From assembly GCF_000485595.1 (NCBI RefSeq), contig NW_014577089.1, positions 629,707-672,458 on the forward strand: a DNA stretch of 42,752 bases, given 5' to 3'. A program made the translations under genes and the position numbers. The notes below the pieces were generated by a model, which did no database searches, had not been told where the DNA came from, and saw only the letters and a program-made list of their open reading frames with translations. Position 1 is the first letter of the stretch. Each line of letters begins with the position of its first letter. Of this stretch, positions 1-11,855 are shown piece after piece. The DNA is from Priapulus caudatus. Its lineage: Eukaryota.

Positions 1-124
1 CGGCAGCGTTCTTACTAGCATTTGCGAACGAAGTGAATAACTGAATTTTCTTACCACATTTACTTCAAGACTATATGTGTGCGACATGTTCCTTTCTTAG
101 CCTTTTTATTCATCACCTAAATAG

Positions 125-259
125 AGGCTTTGGAAATTAAAGCTTGGCAGCAGTAAGGTGGAATTAAACATTTTAGTGACGCTAATGTTTTCTTGATTTG
201 TTTACAGGCAGGAAGAAAAACGTAAAGAATTGATGATCGCATTGAAACCCTTTGTATGA
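125..259 (+). CDS. Possible last two coding exons of an unidentified upstream gene (125-152, 208-259)
   Basis: AG at 123-124, GTAAGG donor at 153, pyrimidine-rich tttacag acceptor ending 207. The spliced frame reads ALEIKAWQQQEEKRKELMIALKPFV*. The intron is only 55 nt and no family was recognised. Confidence 0.25.
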
Positions 260-645
260 TATTTTGAGTAATTCATTTACTGATTACAGAAGGTAAAGCT
301 CACATAAAACAAAAAAAAACATTATATAAAAACATTTATAGTTGTGCTGTAATGTTTATCTCTCCATTTGGCTTGCATTGATGCTCTGTTGGCTGCTTCC
401 TTTGGGCATTTGCAAAACATTTATTGTTATTACAATTACTAACATGACATATTTAAAAATTAGGGGCTGCAAATTATCTGATAATGATCCTTAGTGCAGT
501 GATAAGTGTGATACATTCACTAATAGATGTATAAGCGAAAGTGTAATGTTTATAGTGTACAAATCTGATGTTAGCTGCGAATTCAAAATCTGTTCATTTG
601 ATATAATTGTGCAAGAAATACAGTCGAGCTGATACCAAAATATCG

Positions 646-852
646 CTCATATGGCAGTCTATGTCCCCCCAGGGTGACTGCCGAACGTACGACCTGGTAA
701 CTATCTGAATATGGTTCAGGGTTAGGGAGTAGCGTAAGGCGACTCCCTAGACTCGTTAAGTGGATAGGCGAGGTATCGGTCCGCCACTATTAGATAGTAC
801 CAAGGGAACGTTCGCGGCAGTACCCTGCCTGGGGGCATAGACCGCTCTCAGC
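646..852. mobile_element. MITE family T, copy 1 (degenerate; TIR element with internal TTAGGG-like core)
   Basis: gtctatgtcccccagggtgactgccgaacgtac at the left and gttcgcggcagtaccctgcctgggggcatagac at the right are inverted. The core gttagggagtagcgtaaggcgactccctagactcgtt is shared with 3125-3412 and 4688-4940. Confidence 0.75.
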
Positions 853-1292
853 CAAATACGCTCGCTAGCTATCATGTATCCTCCATGGGCAGTGGTTTAT
901 TATGAGTTTAATAAAATAATATACCAATGTACGCAAGTGCTGATCATGTACTGATATAATAAGCTAGTCTGTTTCAGTTTCAGTTCCTAGAAACGAAAAA
1001 GCAAACCAACTTACCTGAGGGAGGCTTGCGTGTGACTAGAGAAACGCACTACTGGGCAGAATACACTAGACGGCTTTTGGCCTTACCTGTAAGATAGTAT
1101 CTGTTACGATGATACCGCGTAATACCGCAATTTGGCTTCAGGATTTCAACTCGCTGTATTTGCCTGTGGTTATAAGTGCGCCATACCGTGAGGGGAAATA
1201 TACTAGGCTCAATACTTGGTTACCGCTTCTAATTGAGGTGCGGCACATGTATTTATATATGTGATTTTAGATGTACATGTATTTATGTATAA

Positions 1293-1637
1293 CAGGGTGT
1301 AAAATCCGGAGTCAAATACTCCCTGATTTACTGTCGGACTCGCTGATTTGACATATGCAGGAGTCCGTGTGACTCCCTGAAAATTCTGCTATACTGACTA
1401 GTTCATTCCGGAGCACGGCCTCGCGGAATTACTGTATTTGTTCAGCTATTAAATGTCCAAAGAAAATTTGGCAGACGTGCAACGGCATGAATCTTAAAAA
1501 TAAGCACATGCGTTATTGTTAATGTCTTTAATGTTGAACCTCAGACTGCGGACTCCCTCCTTTTGCTACGGACTCCCTCTTTTTGAGGGTAGGGAGTCCG
1601 TTGGACTCCATTGTTCAAAAGTTAATTTCTACCCCTG
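1293..1637. mobile_element. hAT-like MITE
   Basis: Ends cagggtgtaaaat / atttctacccctg are imperfect TIRs starting CAG, with repeated internal ggactcc/ggagtcc motifs. No clean 8-bp TSD. Confidence 0.5.
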
Positions 1638-3124
1638 TATATATGTGCTGTAGCATGAGCGTGGTGGTGGTGGGGCGCGGACTTGACGTGATGCGGCCAT
1701 GATGACGAGGCGTGCCGAGGATTGACACTTTGTGTCTTCCAATCACAGTCTACGCGGCACCAGTCTTTGACATTTTTAAAGATGGGGACCCATTGGAACA
1801 CCAAATTGCCGATCTCAGGAAATAGGGCATTCTGCTACGCTAGAACCGTTCCTACGATAGTTTGCCACAAATACGAAAATAACACGCGCTACGTCCTTCT
1901 GTCGTATTTTCGCATCTCCGTAATCAGAATAAGCCCCGCCTTCTTCGTTGATGGGCATGAATGGGGCGTCACCAACGTGAACCGTTACTGCGTGTAGGTG
2001 TTTGGCGAGACTGTTTGCTTTTCGTAACTAATGAAAGGCCCGGTCGATGCATTTCGCATCGAAGTGGAAAAGTGAACGAGTGCGTCATTCATTAAACCTT
2101 GAAGTTTTTCTTAAAATTAAATAATTCCGAAAATCCCTACCCGCGCTGCTCGATTGTTTTAGCCAATGAACGTAGCTGTCTGTGTGACATCATGCCCACG
2201 CGCTTTATGCTTGGCAGGCCTCGAAATGGATATCGGAGGCAGGCACCTCGCAACACACGTTACTGTAAGGCGCGTGTTTGTTTACATATGGCTTTGTGAC
2301 GTCAGGATGGGCGGTGTTCGGTAGTTTTGCGATGATAACCTCGTAATTTCTCAGAATTTCTTAAGGTGCATGGAACATTTGCCCAATTTAGTGGTGTCAG
2401 TTAGTTACAGATATGTCACAGTAAGTACTAACCGTATATGTTTCACATACGTTCACCTATTTTGCACACAGGTGGTCAATCATTGTGAAAAATTGTGTGA
2501 ATATTTATTTTTATTGAGACGTTGCAAGTGCCTGTGCTTTCATCAGTCCTGTACGTCAATGCACGTGCGTCAAGAGCCACAGACTCAACACCATTTCATC
2601 TCTGTTATAAATTGTTTACGCCTGATTGCGTGATTGATCAGGGAAGGGGTGCATGTAAGAGGAAGACATTTTCTTTAGGGTTCCGAAAAACACTATTCCA
2701 CCTGACAATTTCATGGGCCATTTCAATTGGAAGCTCTGCATAATGGACCCCCAACAAGCCCATTGACTGACTAGTCAAGAAATTCAAAGGGCTGTATATT
2801 GCTCATATTTCGCCGCTGATAGTTCTTATTTAGAACAAAGTCTTCATTGTTATCTTCTAAAACTACAGACTATCCGCTGACCGCTGTGGAGACGTGTGCC
2901 GGGCCTCGAAATTGGCGCACGTACTCCATTGCAGACAGCGCTTCATACTTGAACATCCCCGCAGTCGCGTGCGCATATCCCACGGAACTGCGCGTCTCAT
3001 CCGCTCGCAGCGCTCAGGATCAACAGCAAAGCTGTGCTACGCAATCTTGTATCATGTCTCTCTGGATGATTTGGATTTTGGTGTTGTTTTATCGAATTTG
3101 TCCCATAGCCTAGTAGTGCTGAGA

Positions 3125-3412
3125 GGGTCTATGTCCACCAGGGTACTGCCGGAACGTACCCTGCGTACGGTCCGGTATACCGGAACGCACCCTGGTACTA
3201 TCTAATATGCTGCACCATACCTCGCCTACTCCACTAACGAGTCTAGGGAGTTGCCTACGCCTACTCCCTAACCCTAACCCTAACCATAACTCTAACCCTA
3301 ACACTAACCCTAACCCTAACCCTAACCATATCAAATAGTTACCAGAGTAAGTTCCGGTATACCGGACCGTACCCAAGGTACGTTCCAGCAGTACCCTGGG
3401 GGACTTAGACCC
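3125..3412. mobile_element. MITE family T, copy 2 (opposite orientation, ~75-bp TIRs, internal (CCCTAA)n)
   Basis: gggtctatgtccaccagggtactgccggaacgtaccc... is inverted to ...ggtacgttccagcagtaccctgggggacttagaccc. CCCTAA tract at about 3265-3327. Its extreme end (catagaccctatgagc) is displaced to 4456-4471 by an insertion. Confidence 0.85.
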
Positions 3413-3564
3413 GGTAAACATCAGGTTTAGCGTCGTAAATTAACTCTCAGCGTATTGATCAGTGGAACATCGTCAGCACTCTCGTAGTTCTGGTACAGGG
3501 TAGCGAAGGAGCAGTGTAGGGAGGGGGAGGGAAAAAGGAGGGGGAGGGAGGAGGAAGTTTAGAG

Positions 3565-3753
3565 CAGTGGAAAAAATACACGGGAGCTCGGGGCGATTTA
3601 GCCCCCGAAATGCCAAAAAGAGCCCCGGAAATGCCAAAAAGAGCCCCCGTAAATTTGCATAAAGTTCAATGCAAACCAAATTTTAGAGTGCTATTTTCAT
3701 GCACGCAAGCTTGAAAAGTAGCCCCCGAAAAATAAATTATATTTTTCCCCCTG
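3565..3753. mobile_element. hAT-type MITE with perfect 8-bp TSD
   Basis: TIRs cagtggaaaaaata / tatatttttccccctg. gtttagag is duplicated at 3557-3564 and 3754-3761. Internal repeated agcccccg motifs. Confidence 0.85.
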
Positions 3754-3769
3754 GTTTAGAGTAGTACTA

Positions 3770-4150
3770 GTAGGTGGAGTAGGGAGAAGCTAGTGAAGAA
3801 TGAAGAATGGGAGAAGAGAAAAGCTGGTGGAGGAGGAGGGGAGAAGCTGGTGAAGAAGGAGGAGGGGGAGAAGCTAGTGGAGAAAGAGGAAGGGGAGGAG
3901 GGGGAGAAGGGAGATGGTAGAGGAGGAGGGGGAGAAGGGAGAAGCTGGTGGAGGAGGAGGGGAAGAAGCTGGTGGAGAATGAAGAAGGGGAGAAGGGAGA
4001 AGCTGGTGGAAAAGGGAGAAGCTGGTGGAGAAGGGAGAAGCTGGTGGAGGAGGAAGGGCGGGAGAAGGAAGAAGGTGGTAGAGAAGGAGGAATTAGGGGA
4101 GAAAGGAGAAGCTGGTAGAGAAGGAGGAGGGGGAGAAGCTGGTGGAGAAC
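3770..4150. repeat. Purine-rich low-complexity minisatellite (ggagaagctggtgga core)
   Basis: About ten recurrences of gagaagct(g/a)gt among gga/gaa runs. Confidence 0.9.
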
Positions 4151-4236
4151 TTCCACTGATACGTCCAAAACGTCGATAGACCGCGTAGCGCCAGCTGGCA
4201 GTGGTGTTTGCAAGTTAATTTACGACGCTAAACCAG

Positions 4237-4443
4237 GGGCCCGTTGTCAGAAACAAAATTAGTCTTAACATTAACTTTTTCTCTTAGACCGTCGTCAGAA
4301 ACGCTGCGAAGTTACCTGAATGAAAAATCGTAGCAGATTTCCTCGTAACAATATGAAACAAAGTGCTGTCGACGGTCTACGAGAAAATGTTTAATAGTGT
4401 TAAGACTAATGTTAAGACTAATTTTGTTTCTGACAACGGGGCC
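4237..4443. mobile_element. PIF/Harbinger-like MITE
   Basis: ~45-bp TIRs gggcccgttgtcagaaacaaaattagtcttaacatta / taatgttaagactaattttgtttctgacaacggggcc, flanked by CAG / CTG (CWG 3-bp target). Confidence 0.8.
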
Positions 4444-4687
4444 CTGATGTTTACCCATAGACCCTATGAGCCCTAGTAGTAGTAGTAGTAGGGTATAACA
4501 TGGAACGTAGGCGACATCCAATTACTACAAACAAACCAGATGGGTTAATTTATTCATTCTCCGTTTTCGATATACAGTAGTCCCCTGGTCTTTGGACTAA
4601 TTTTCAGAGATTATGAGGTTATGCCTGGGAGACAATGCCGCTGAATGCGAAAGTCTCGATGGAGTTTACGATTCACTGCTAGTTCAG

Positions 4688-4940
4688 CTCATAGGGTCTA
4701 TGTCCCCCAGGGTACTGCCAGAACGTACCCTGGGTACGCCGTACGATCCGGTATACCGGAACGTACCCTGGTAACTTAGTATCTGATATGGTTAGGGTTA
4801 GGACTTAGGGTTAGGGTTAGGGTTAGGGAGTAGGCGTTGGCGACTCCCTAGACTCGTTAGTGGAGTAGGCGAAGTACGATCCGGCATATTAGATAGTACC
4901 ACTACCAGGGTACGTTCCGGCAGTACCCTGGGGGACATAT
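4688..4940. mobile_element. MITE family T, copy 3 (internal (TTAGGG)n)
   Basis: Same TIRs as 3125-3412, with a TTAGGG tract at about 4790-4828. The terminal accctctcagc is separated (about 5007-5018) by an AT-rich taatag/tac microsatellite. Confidence 0.85.
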
Positions 4941-5235
4941 GATAGATTATTACTAATAGTAATACTAATAGTAATAGTAATACTAATAGTAATACTATTG
5001 ACTGTCACCCTCTCAGCGCTACGCCGCTAGTTCAAGTTGCAACTCATCGATAGTGTCGGTGTTTTGTCAATATTATAAACTCACCATTTAGATGATTGTA
5101 GAAGACCACGAGAACAACACTCACGCTGGGCCGTAAATAACTGTTTTTTAATTAGGGACAGCTCCATAATCACAAAAAGTTGTGTTGTGAAATATCGTTG
5201 TATCGCATAAACTTCCCGCAAACCTTGGCGGGGTT

Positions 5236-5326
5236 TAGACTGGTCCGCGCTCGACAGTTTCACTTGCGTTACACTGACGCGTTCAGTATAACGCGAGTGG
5301 AACTGTCGAGCGTGGGATAGTCTAGG
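5236..5326. repeat. Imperfect ~45-bp-arm palindrome, probably the centre of an old foldback element
   Basis: tagactggtccgcgctcgacagtttcacttgcgttacactga is inverted to tcagtataacgcgagtggaactgtcgagcgtgggatagtcta. Confidence 0.7.
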
Positions 5327-5864
5327 CGGGGTTCACCAGTTGCATTCTGGGAAGCGTCGCGCACCCCATCTCAGCATCTCTCCAGGAACTACAATGAAAC
5401 GGCCTTTTCCATAAGCGAACTAACTAAGCTAAACTATGGCTCAGCAGTTATTTTAGGAAATTAATAAACGCCATCCACCGATTTTCCAGTGCGAGGACGA
5501 CATATATTTTCTTAACTACAATATTTTCCCATATTTTTAATAACAAAATAATATTATTTTCTTGAAATATTACAATACAGTATACTATAATTATATAGGC
5601 CTAGCTATTTCAATACATAATAAAATTATATAAGACTAATCCTGTACATACTCGCGCTAAACCTCTTTTAAAACCGCAAACCTAACTGTATTAGATACGT
5701 GATAAGGGTGCGCTCGGTATATCCCAAAACGCTATACCCACCGCATATTGATAGGGCCTGCTTAGCGCGTTTCAATCGTCAGTGTATGATTATCACTGAT
5801 ACACGTATAACAGAAAAATGCAGAAAAAAGCCGCCTGAAATAACGGACTGAAGAAAACTGCATA

Positions 5865-7247
5865 ATATATAGCTTGCTAAGGGAGCGAGGGGTGTGAGAC
5901 TGAGAAAAGGCGGGCTGCCCCGGCAAGGAAGATAGCTGAGGGGCGGTAGAAGAAGACGGAAGCTGAGCGAGAGAATTCCATATGGCATATGGTATATCTC
6001 AGCATTAGAACTGGATTAGAAAATGTAAAAATTAAGTGACATAAACGTTGTAAATAATGACAAATAAGCACATATGGTAACTTTATTGCGTTTATTAATT
6101 AAAAACATTCGTTTACAACAATGATACAAGATGGCGCCCATGAAGACGTCTCAGACGATCTCAATTATAATTTTTATAATAATCTTATTATTAATAATAA
6201 TAAAGACACATATGATCATTTAAAAAATGTAGTATACTCTCTAATATTACGTATATTAATCTCATTAGAAAGGCATAGTTATAATTGAGATCGCCTGGGA
6301 CGTCTTCATGGGCGCAGCTTGTATCGTTGTTGTAAACGAGTGCTTTAAATTAATAAACGCAGGAAAGCTACAAAGTTACCATATTTGCTTATCTGTTACT
6401 ATTTACCACTTTTATGTCACTTATTACATTTTCTAATCCAGTTCTAATGCTGAGATACCCCCTAACCATATGGAATTCTCTCGCTCAGCTTCCTTCTTTT
6501 TCTACGCGCATGCTCAATATCTCACCAGACGAGTTATATTTTGTGATGAATATGCATTTAATATGGTTAGGGGGTATCTCAGCATAGATTTCTGTAAGAA
6601 ATTGTTATCAGTAGACCTGTGTTTATAATTAGGAAAGCGCCCTAACCTATACGGCGAAAAACTTCTACTTTATCCCCTCCCCTCCTTCCACTTGACTCCA
6701 TTGTGTCTTGCTCAACCTCCTTCTTTTTCTACCGCCCCTCGGCTATCTTCTCTGTCGTCTCTCCTCAGTCTCCTACCCCTCTCTACCTCAGCAAGCTATA
6801 TTATGCATTTTTCATCACCCCATACTGCACGCCTAAGATGGTGCTCGCGCATGCGTAATATCTCCAGGGAGGAATACTATTTTGCAAAAATTATGCATTT
6901 AAAATGTAGAGGAGGTATTGTATCATAGATTTATATGATAATATTTTATCAGTAGACCTTTCTTACGAAATAGGAAGAAGATATTGCATGTAAGTGGCCC
7001 GCTGCATCTAACAGTCAGTACACAATCTGTCTACGTTAGCGTGTTACCGCATGCGCAATATCGCAACAGAGGAGTTATATTTTGTGATGAATATGCATTT
7101 AATATGGTTAGGGGGCATCTCAGCATATATTTCTGCAATAAATTGTTATAAGTAGACCTGTGTTTATAATTAGGAGAGCGCCCTAACCTATAAGGTGCAA
7201 AACTTCTACTTCATCCCTTCCCCTCCTTTCACTTGACTCCATTGTCC
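5865..7247. repeat. Repeat R: an inverted partial copy (~5865-6275) abutting a forward copy (~6278-7247)
   Basis: About 5945-6170 is the reverse complement of about 6279-6500. The forward copy matches 17062-17916. Internal sub-repeats gagttatattttgtgatgaatatgcatttaatatggttagggg. Confidence 0.85.
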
Positions 7248-7700
7248 TGTACGAGCGCGCCGATCGCCTCTCCGTCTGTCTCCGCCGCAGTCACGTAGGC
7301 TTCGTCTTCAAACGTGGCTGCAAAATATTACAGGTTCCGTTAACGTGAAACATTAGGAAAGGAATCTCGATCTGCGTTGCCCCCTAGCGGCATTTGGCTC
7401 ACTCTGTAGATTGTATAGCTTACCATACCTGGCTCGGGTCTGCACAGAATTCGTTGTTTGTGGCCTTCCTCGCTTTACTTTTGCGTAAGTTTCCCGCAAT
7501 TTACCGTGCGTGGGATGTATCGATGATCTAAAATCATAGATTAACATTAGAAATCCACCATATCTCATATGTAACAGATCCATGGTGATATGTATATAGT
7601 GTGAGAGACTGTCAGAGACTGTGCAATAGAGAACAGCGGAGAGAGATCAAGATAGAGAGAGAGAGCAAGCAAGAGAGGGAGAGAGAGAGAAGGCGTCTAC
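7248..7700 (-). pseudogene. Truncated fragment of the glycogenin-like gene (basic exon and 5' part of the first GT8 exon)
   Basis: Minus strand ttttgcag|CCACGTTTGAAGACGAAGCCTACGTG gives TFEDEAYVTAAETDGEAIGALV, then breaks into repeat R at about 7247. The basic exon (~7429-7527) has indels. Confidence 0.75.
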
Positions 7701-7952
7701 GGTCGCCTGTCATTTGATGGATGCCTTGCCCCGCACCTGGTGTTCTAAACATGAATACATTACATAACCATCTTATAATGAATGTCGACTTTACAGGAAA
7801 TTATAGTACCGCGTCGAATTCGTACAAAGAGATGAAACTCAATAACGACTATAAGAAGCTATGAAAGTTTTATTGATAGTTATTTTATTAGTTGTTAACT
7901 TTCGTATTTATAGCTGATTCGTATAATTCAATTTTTTGCGAGTACAACTTAC

Positions 7953-10450
7953 CAAAGAAGCGTGAAGAGAAGGGGTTTGACGTGCTTGTCATAAATCTCA
8001 AACCACTTTTCAAGATGCGCGGGATAACCTGTCCACCTCCCATACACAAAATCTGGAAAGTATTTCATTACGTAACATTAATATCATTCTGTTCGCTGTC
8101 TCAGTCGCGGTTATAGCCATAGTTGTGGTAGTGACGATGATGAGGATGCCGATGAAAGCAACGACAATGACGATGATAAATTCTCGCGTTAACTTACGTC
8201 ACGTTCTATAATGAATTCTAATATCTTTAGCTTCGTAAAGTAGTAACTAACGACTATACCGACCTTCTGCTCCTTTCCACAAACTGCTAGCATCCACGGC
8301 TTCCACGTGTTTCCAGAAAACCACGAGACCCGTATGTGTGGAGACAGCGTGTTAGAGCGCTGAAATTCACGCAGATATTCAAATTAATCATGCAATCCTA
8401 TAAAAATTAACATAAGTTCGTTCTATATGCACGCCTTTGGCTAGCAAATTATTTTCCGATTAAAACCATGTAATGAGTACAATACAGAAAACGCCATAAA
8501 AGTTGTACACGCGCGACAGATTTATCGTTTTTTATCAGAAAAGGTTCACGTAAGCCAAAATACCCGCACGTACGGTTTAATGAGTACAAACGAACCCGGG
8601 TAATGCCGTGTTACTGTACCCCACTCATTATGATTATATCAATGTCATACATACTATTAAAAACATTAACATGCTCGTGAAAATAATGGCAGAAACCGAC
8701 TTACTCTCCTCCTGGAGGAACGTAGGCAAACGAATTGTTGACCTCGGAGCAGTAGGTCGGTGGCAGCGCGTGCCATCTCTTAAAGTGACGATTGAGGATT
8801 TGGTCGGCACAACCTGAAATTGAATACGACGCGACACGTCTTAACACCCAGAAATATCAGATTCTAACAACAACAACAACTACGTAAATACACACGGTGT
8901 TAGTAGTGTGCGCGTTCAGCATGTAAAGGTGGATAGCATAGCAGGTGGATCCTTCATCTTAAAAAGTCACTTAACGTAATGACGGTATAGGCTATAGCCA
9001 ACATCGAGCATTTTGGTTCTCGTTGGTACTTCGTGTAGTCAATATGTCAAGTACCTTATTGCCGGTAGACGAGACACTATAGAATTGACCGCGTTTAGAG
9101 CTTGCGCTTAGATTCCCCTACCCTTCTTTCCATGTAGAATTATAGTCACTTACTGCTAAAGTCGAGCGAATCCTCGCAATTTCGGGCCAATTTCTGTAAC
9201 CTTTTGAATGTGTTATGAGCGGCCGTCGGTTCTACGACCATGACGCTGCTGTGGAACGTTTGAGGCCGGCGATGGTAGGCAACAGCGGAGAGTTGAGGTT
9301 CGCCGAACAGATGGTCGATGTTGTGGTGCACCTGCGAGAGAATGACATGTCGCATTTTCATCCAGGTAATCTACATATTATTATGTGAAACATGCAACAG
9401 CGTACATCGTGTGCAGGGAAAGAGTACGTAGTTTGAAGTGACATGCAGGATCACATCTCGTATACGGGAGAGGAAAACGTGCGCGCCAAGCCTTAAAGGC
9501 GCGCGTTGGGAGCTAGAGGAAAGATAGGTTGAACAGAGGTTGAAGTAGAGGGACATACCAGCGTGGCAGGCGCAAGAAACACACATTTGGAGTATTGGCG
9601 GGAATACTGCCAAGTGTCAAGTGCTACTAGGGATTCGTCTATGACGAACATCCGCATGGCGTTGATCCTCTCCAGAACGCTAATTGGTATCATGTCGTTG
9701 TACAGCTCCGACAGCAAGTATCTGCGCATGCGCGCACACACCCACATTTAATGTCATCACACACGCATTTCTTTACTAGATTACGTCAACCTTATAGTAG
9801 ACGCACCATAGGTTATGATGATTGTACGGTTTGTTTTATCCGTAATAAACGCGTGCCGATTAGGGAGAACGAGGGACCGCATGTTACTGGTCATTTTCTC
9901 ACCGGAATTCAAGAGAGACTTTGTTGGTAACCATGCAGACGAGTCTACGGGTGACCTGAGCATGACGCAGCGAATGACCTAGTACGAGCGCACCGATCGC
10001 CTCTCCGCCTGTCTCTGCCGCAGTCACGTAGGTTCGTCTTCAAACGTGGCTGCAAAATATTACAGGTTCCGTTAACGTGAAACATTAGGAAAGGAATCTC
10101 GTTCTGCGTTGCCCCTAGCGGCATTTGACATTCGCTCTGTAGATTGTATAGCATACCACCTACCTGGCTCGGGTCTGCACGGAATTCGTTGTGTGGCCTT
10201 CCTCTCTTTACTTCTGCTTAAGTTCCCGCAATTTCCCGTGCGTGGGACTGTATCGCTGATCTAAAATCATAGATAAACATTAGAAATCCACCATATCTCA
10301 TATGTAACAGATCCTGCCTACACTGATGCTGGCCATGTCTTGGAGCATGCTGCGCGTGCAGACGGTAGCAATACGCAGCGTCACCTGTGCGGCACCGTTA
10401 AACAGCCCGGTAATGGCGTTGATGCCTTCCACCGCCGACATACGCGACAA
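7953..10450 (-). pseudogene. Glycogenin-like (GT8) gene, copy A; spliced, with small frameshifts
   Basis: Exons (minus): partial N-terminal exon ~10315-10453, 10164-10260, 9903-10049 (GALVLGHSLRHAQVTRRLVCMVT), 9559-9721 (QYSKCVFLAPATL), 9154-9331 (NIDHLFGEPQLSAV...FHSSVMVVEP), 8705-8813 (ADQILNRHFKRW..LPPTY..SFAYVP), 8264-8359 (WFSGNTWKPW), 7953-8052 (KWFEIYDKHVKPLL), bounded by GT/AG. Lesions against copy C: -1 nt near 10032, +2 nt near 8358, +2 nt near 8018, and loss of the 3' half of the N-terminal exon at 10314. Confidence 0.85.
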
Positions 10451-10604
10451 CATGCCTGAAAAGATTAATGTAAATTAATGACTACTGGTGTAGCTGTTGT
10501 TAATACACACGGAACCCCTGCACGAACGAACGCACACAAGTCCTCTTACATTGCGACCAGGGTTATACGCAACATATCCAATGCATATCAAACANNNNNN
10601 NNNN

Positions 10605-10910
10605 TCTCTCTCCGTAACGGTGGTGACCTCCGTCTGAGCCTCTCTCTCCGTAACGGTGGTGACCTCCGTCTGAGCTTCTCTCTCTCCGTAACGGTGGTGA
10701 CCTCCGTCTGAGCCTGGCCGTCAGCCGTTGTTATCTCCGTCTGCACGGCTGTGCTGGTTACGCTAGCCCTGCCTACACTGATGCTGGCCATGTCTTGGAG
10801 CATGCTGCGCGTGCAGACGGCAGCGATGCGCAGCGTCACCTGTGCTGCACCATTAAACAGCCCGGTAATGGCGTTGATGCCTTCCACCGCCGACATACGC
10901 GACAACATGC
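10605..10910 (-). CDS. N-terminal exon of the glycogenin-like gene with at least three 36-bp coding repeats (runs into an assembly gap)
   Basis: ttttcag|GC ATG; MLSRMSAVEGINAITGLFNGAAQVTLRIAAVCTRSMLQDMASISVGRASVTSTAVQTE..., then ggctcagacggaggtcaccaccgttacggagagaga units (AQTEVTTVTERE). One unit has +2 nt in the GA run. Confidence 0.6.
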
Positions 10911-11789
10911 CTGAAAAGATTAATGTAAATTAATGACTACTGGTGTAGCTGTTGTTCCTTACACACGGAACCCCTGCACGAACGAACGCACACAAGTCCT
11001 CTTACATTGCGACCAGGGTTATACGCAACATATCCAATGCATATCAAACAAGCAAGAATGTAAGCAACTTCGGAGACTTAATTTCAGAGTTGTAGTTTAA
11101 GATATTAATATATTATGTATATATATTTGGTTTGACACGATAATCTACTTTCCACGCGTGACGCTAGCGCATACCAACAGAAAAGAAACTTTCTTTATTA
11201 CTTCTTTTATTCGCCTGCGCTATCCAGTTTTCATGATAGCATGAACGAAAGTGATCATCAAGATAATTAATTCTGACCTCTAAATCTCAATTTAATCTAT
11301 AGAATCCAATGTAGGACTTAATAATAGCATTGTCGTACGTTAATTACTGAGTATGTGATTATAATATAGAGGTCATGGGACGTAGGTCCTAATGAGGCGT
11401 GTGCTATGTAAATGTCTGACAGAAGATACCACGTTAATAAACTGTGAGGTTATCAACAGCTATTCATTTTAGGTGCATTATATAGGGTGTTCATCCCTGA
11501 ATGCCTGCATGAACTTCAAGTATACACTGGTCTATGTGACTGAATATATGGGCATGTTTTCGCGTCCAGAACGATAGAATACAACATCGACTAACGTTAA
11601 TTTATCTAGGGCCGGAATTATTGCATGTAAGTATTGTATTGTCGTGCGCGTGTACGTGTATCTATGTAATGCGTATATAGACGTTATTATTGCATCTATT
11701 AGCGTAATTTTGTGTATTTAATGTCCGTTCGAACGCGTCAAAAACGTTTAAAACCGGCACAATAACCGACACGTGGGCGCGTCATTGTT

Positions 11790-11855
11790 CCCACCACCGC
11801 TCACGCGTGTGAGCGCTACAGTCAAAGAAGTGACGTCATCCCCCTGGCAACGATT
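11790..11855. promoter_or_regulatory. Candidate promoter between the divergently oriented glycogenin-like copies (CRE plus RFX-like half site)
   Basis: TGACGTCA at 11831-11838, cctggcaac ending 11851, a locally CpG-rich patch, and a donor-like AG|GTAGGC at 12070/12071 that could end a first non-coding exon. Confidence 0.35.

Larger units (their letters stand above)
3413..4455. mobile_element. Mutator-like non-autonomous element with 9-bp TSD
   Basis: TIR ggtaaacatcaggtttagcgtcgtaaattaac (from 3413) is inverted at 4214-4455, where another MITE interrupts it. Flanks are cttagaccc (3404-3412) and catagaccc (4456-4464). The superfamily is inferred from TSD length and GG termini. Confidence 0.75.

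Noticed and set aside
1775..2757. Possible large TIR element (tggggacccatt / aatggaccccca)
   Set aside because: The inverted match is short and imperfect and no TSD was found.
3110..3421. LGLGLG-containing ORF / possible telomere
   Set aside because: Translation of a short TTAGGG tract inside a MITE; it is not a chromosome end or a gene.
3767..4213. 148-aa and 128-aa ORFs on opposite strands
   Set aside because: Products of a purine-rich minisatellite inside a transposon, with no domain or splice support.
6692..6928. ORF MTPLCLAQP... repeated at 17475-17711
   Set aside because: Ser/Leu-rich translation of a pyrimidine tract within repeat R with a non-ATG start. Its recurrence reflects the DNA duplication.
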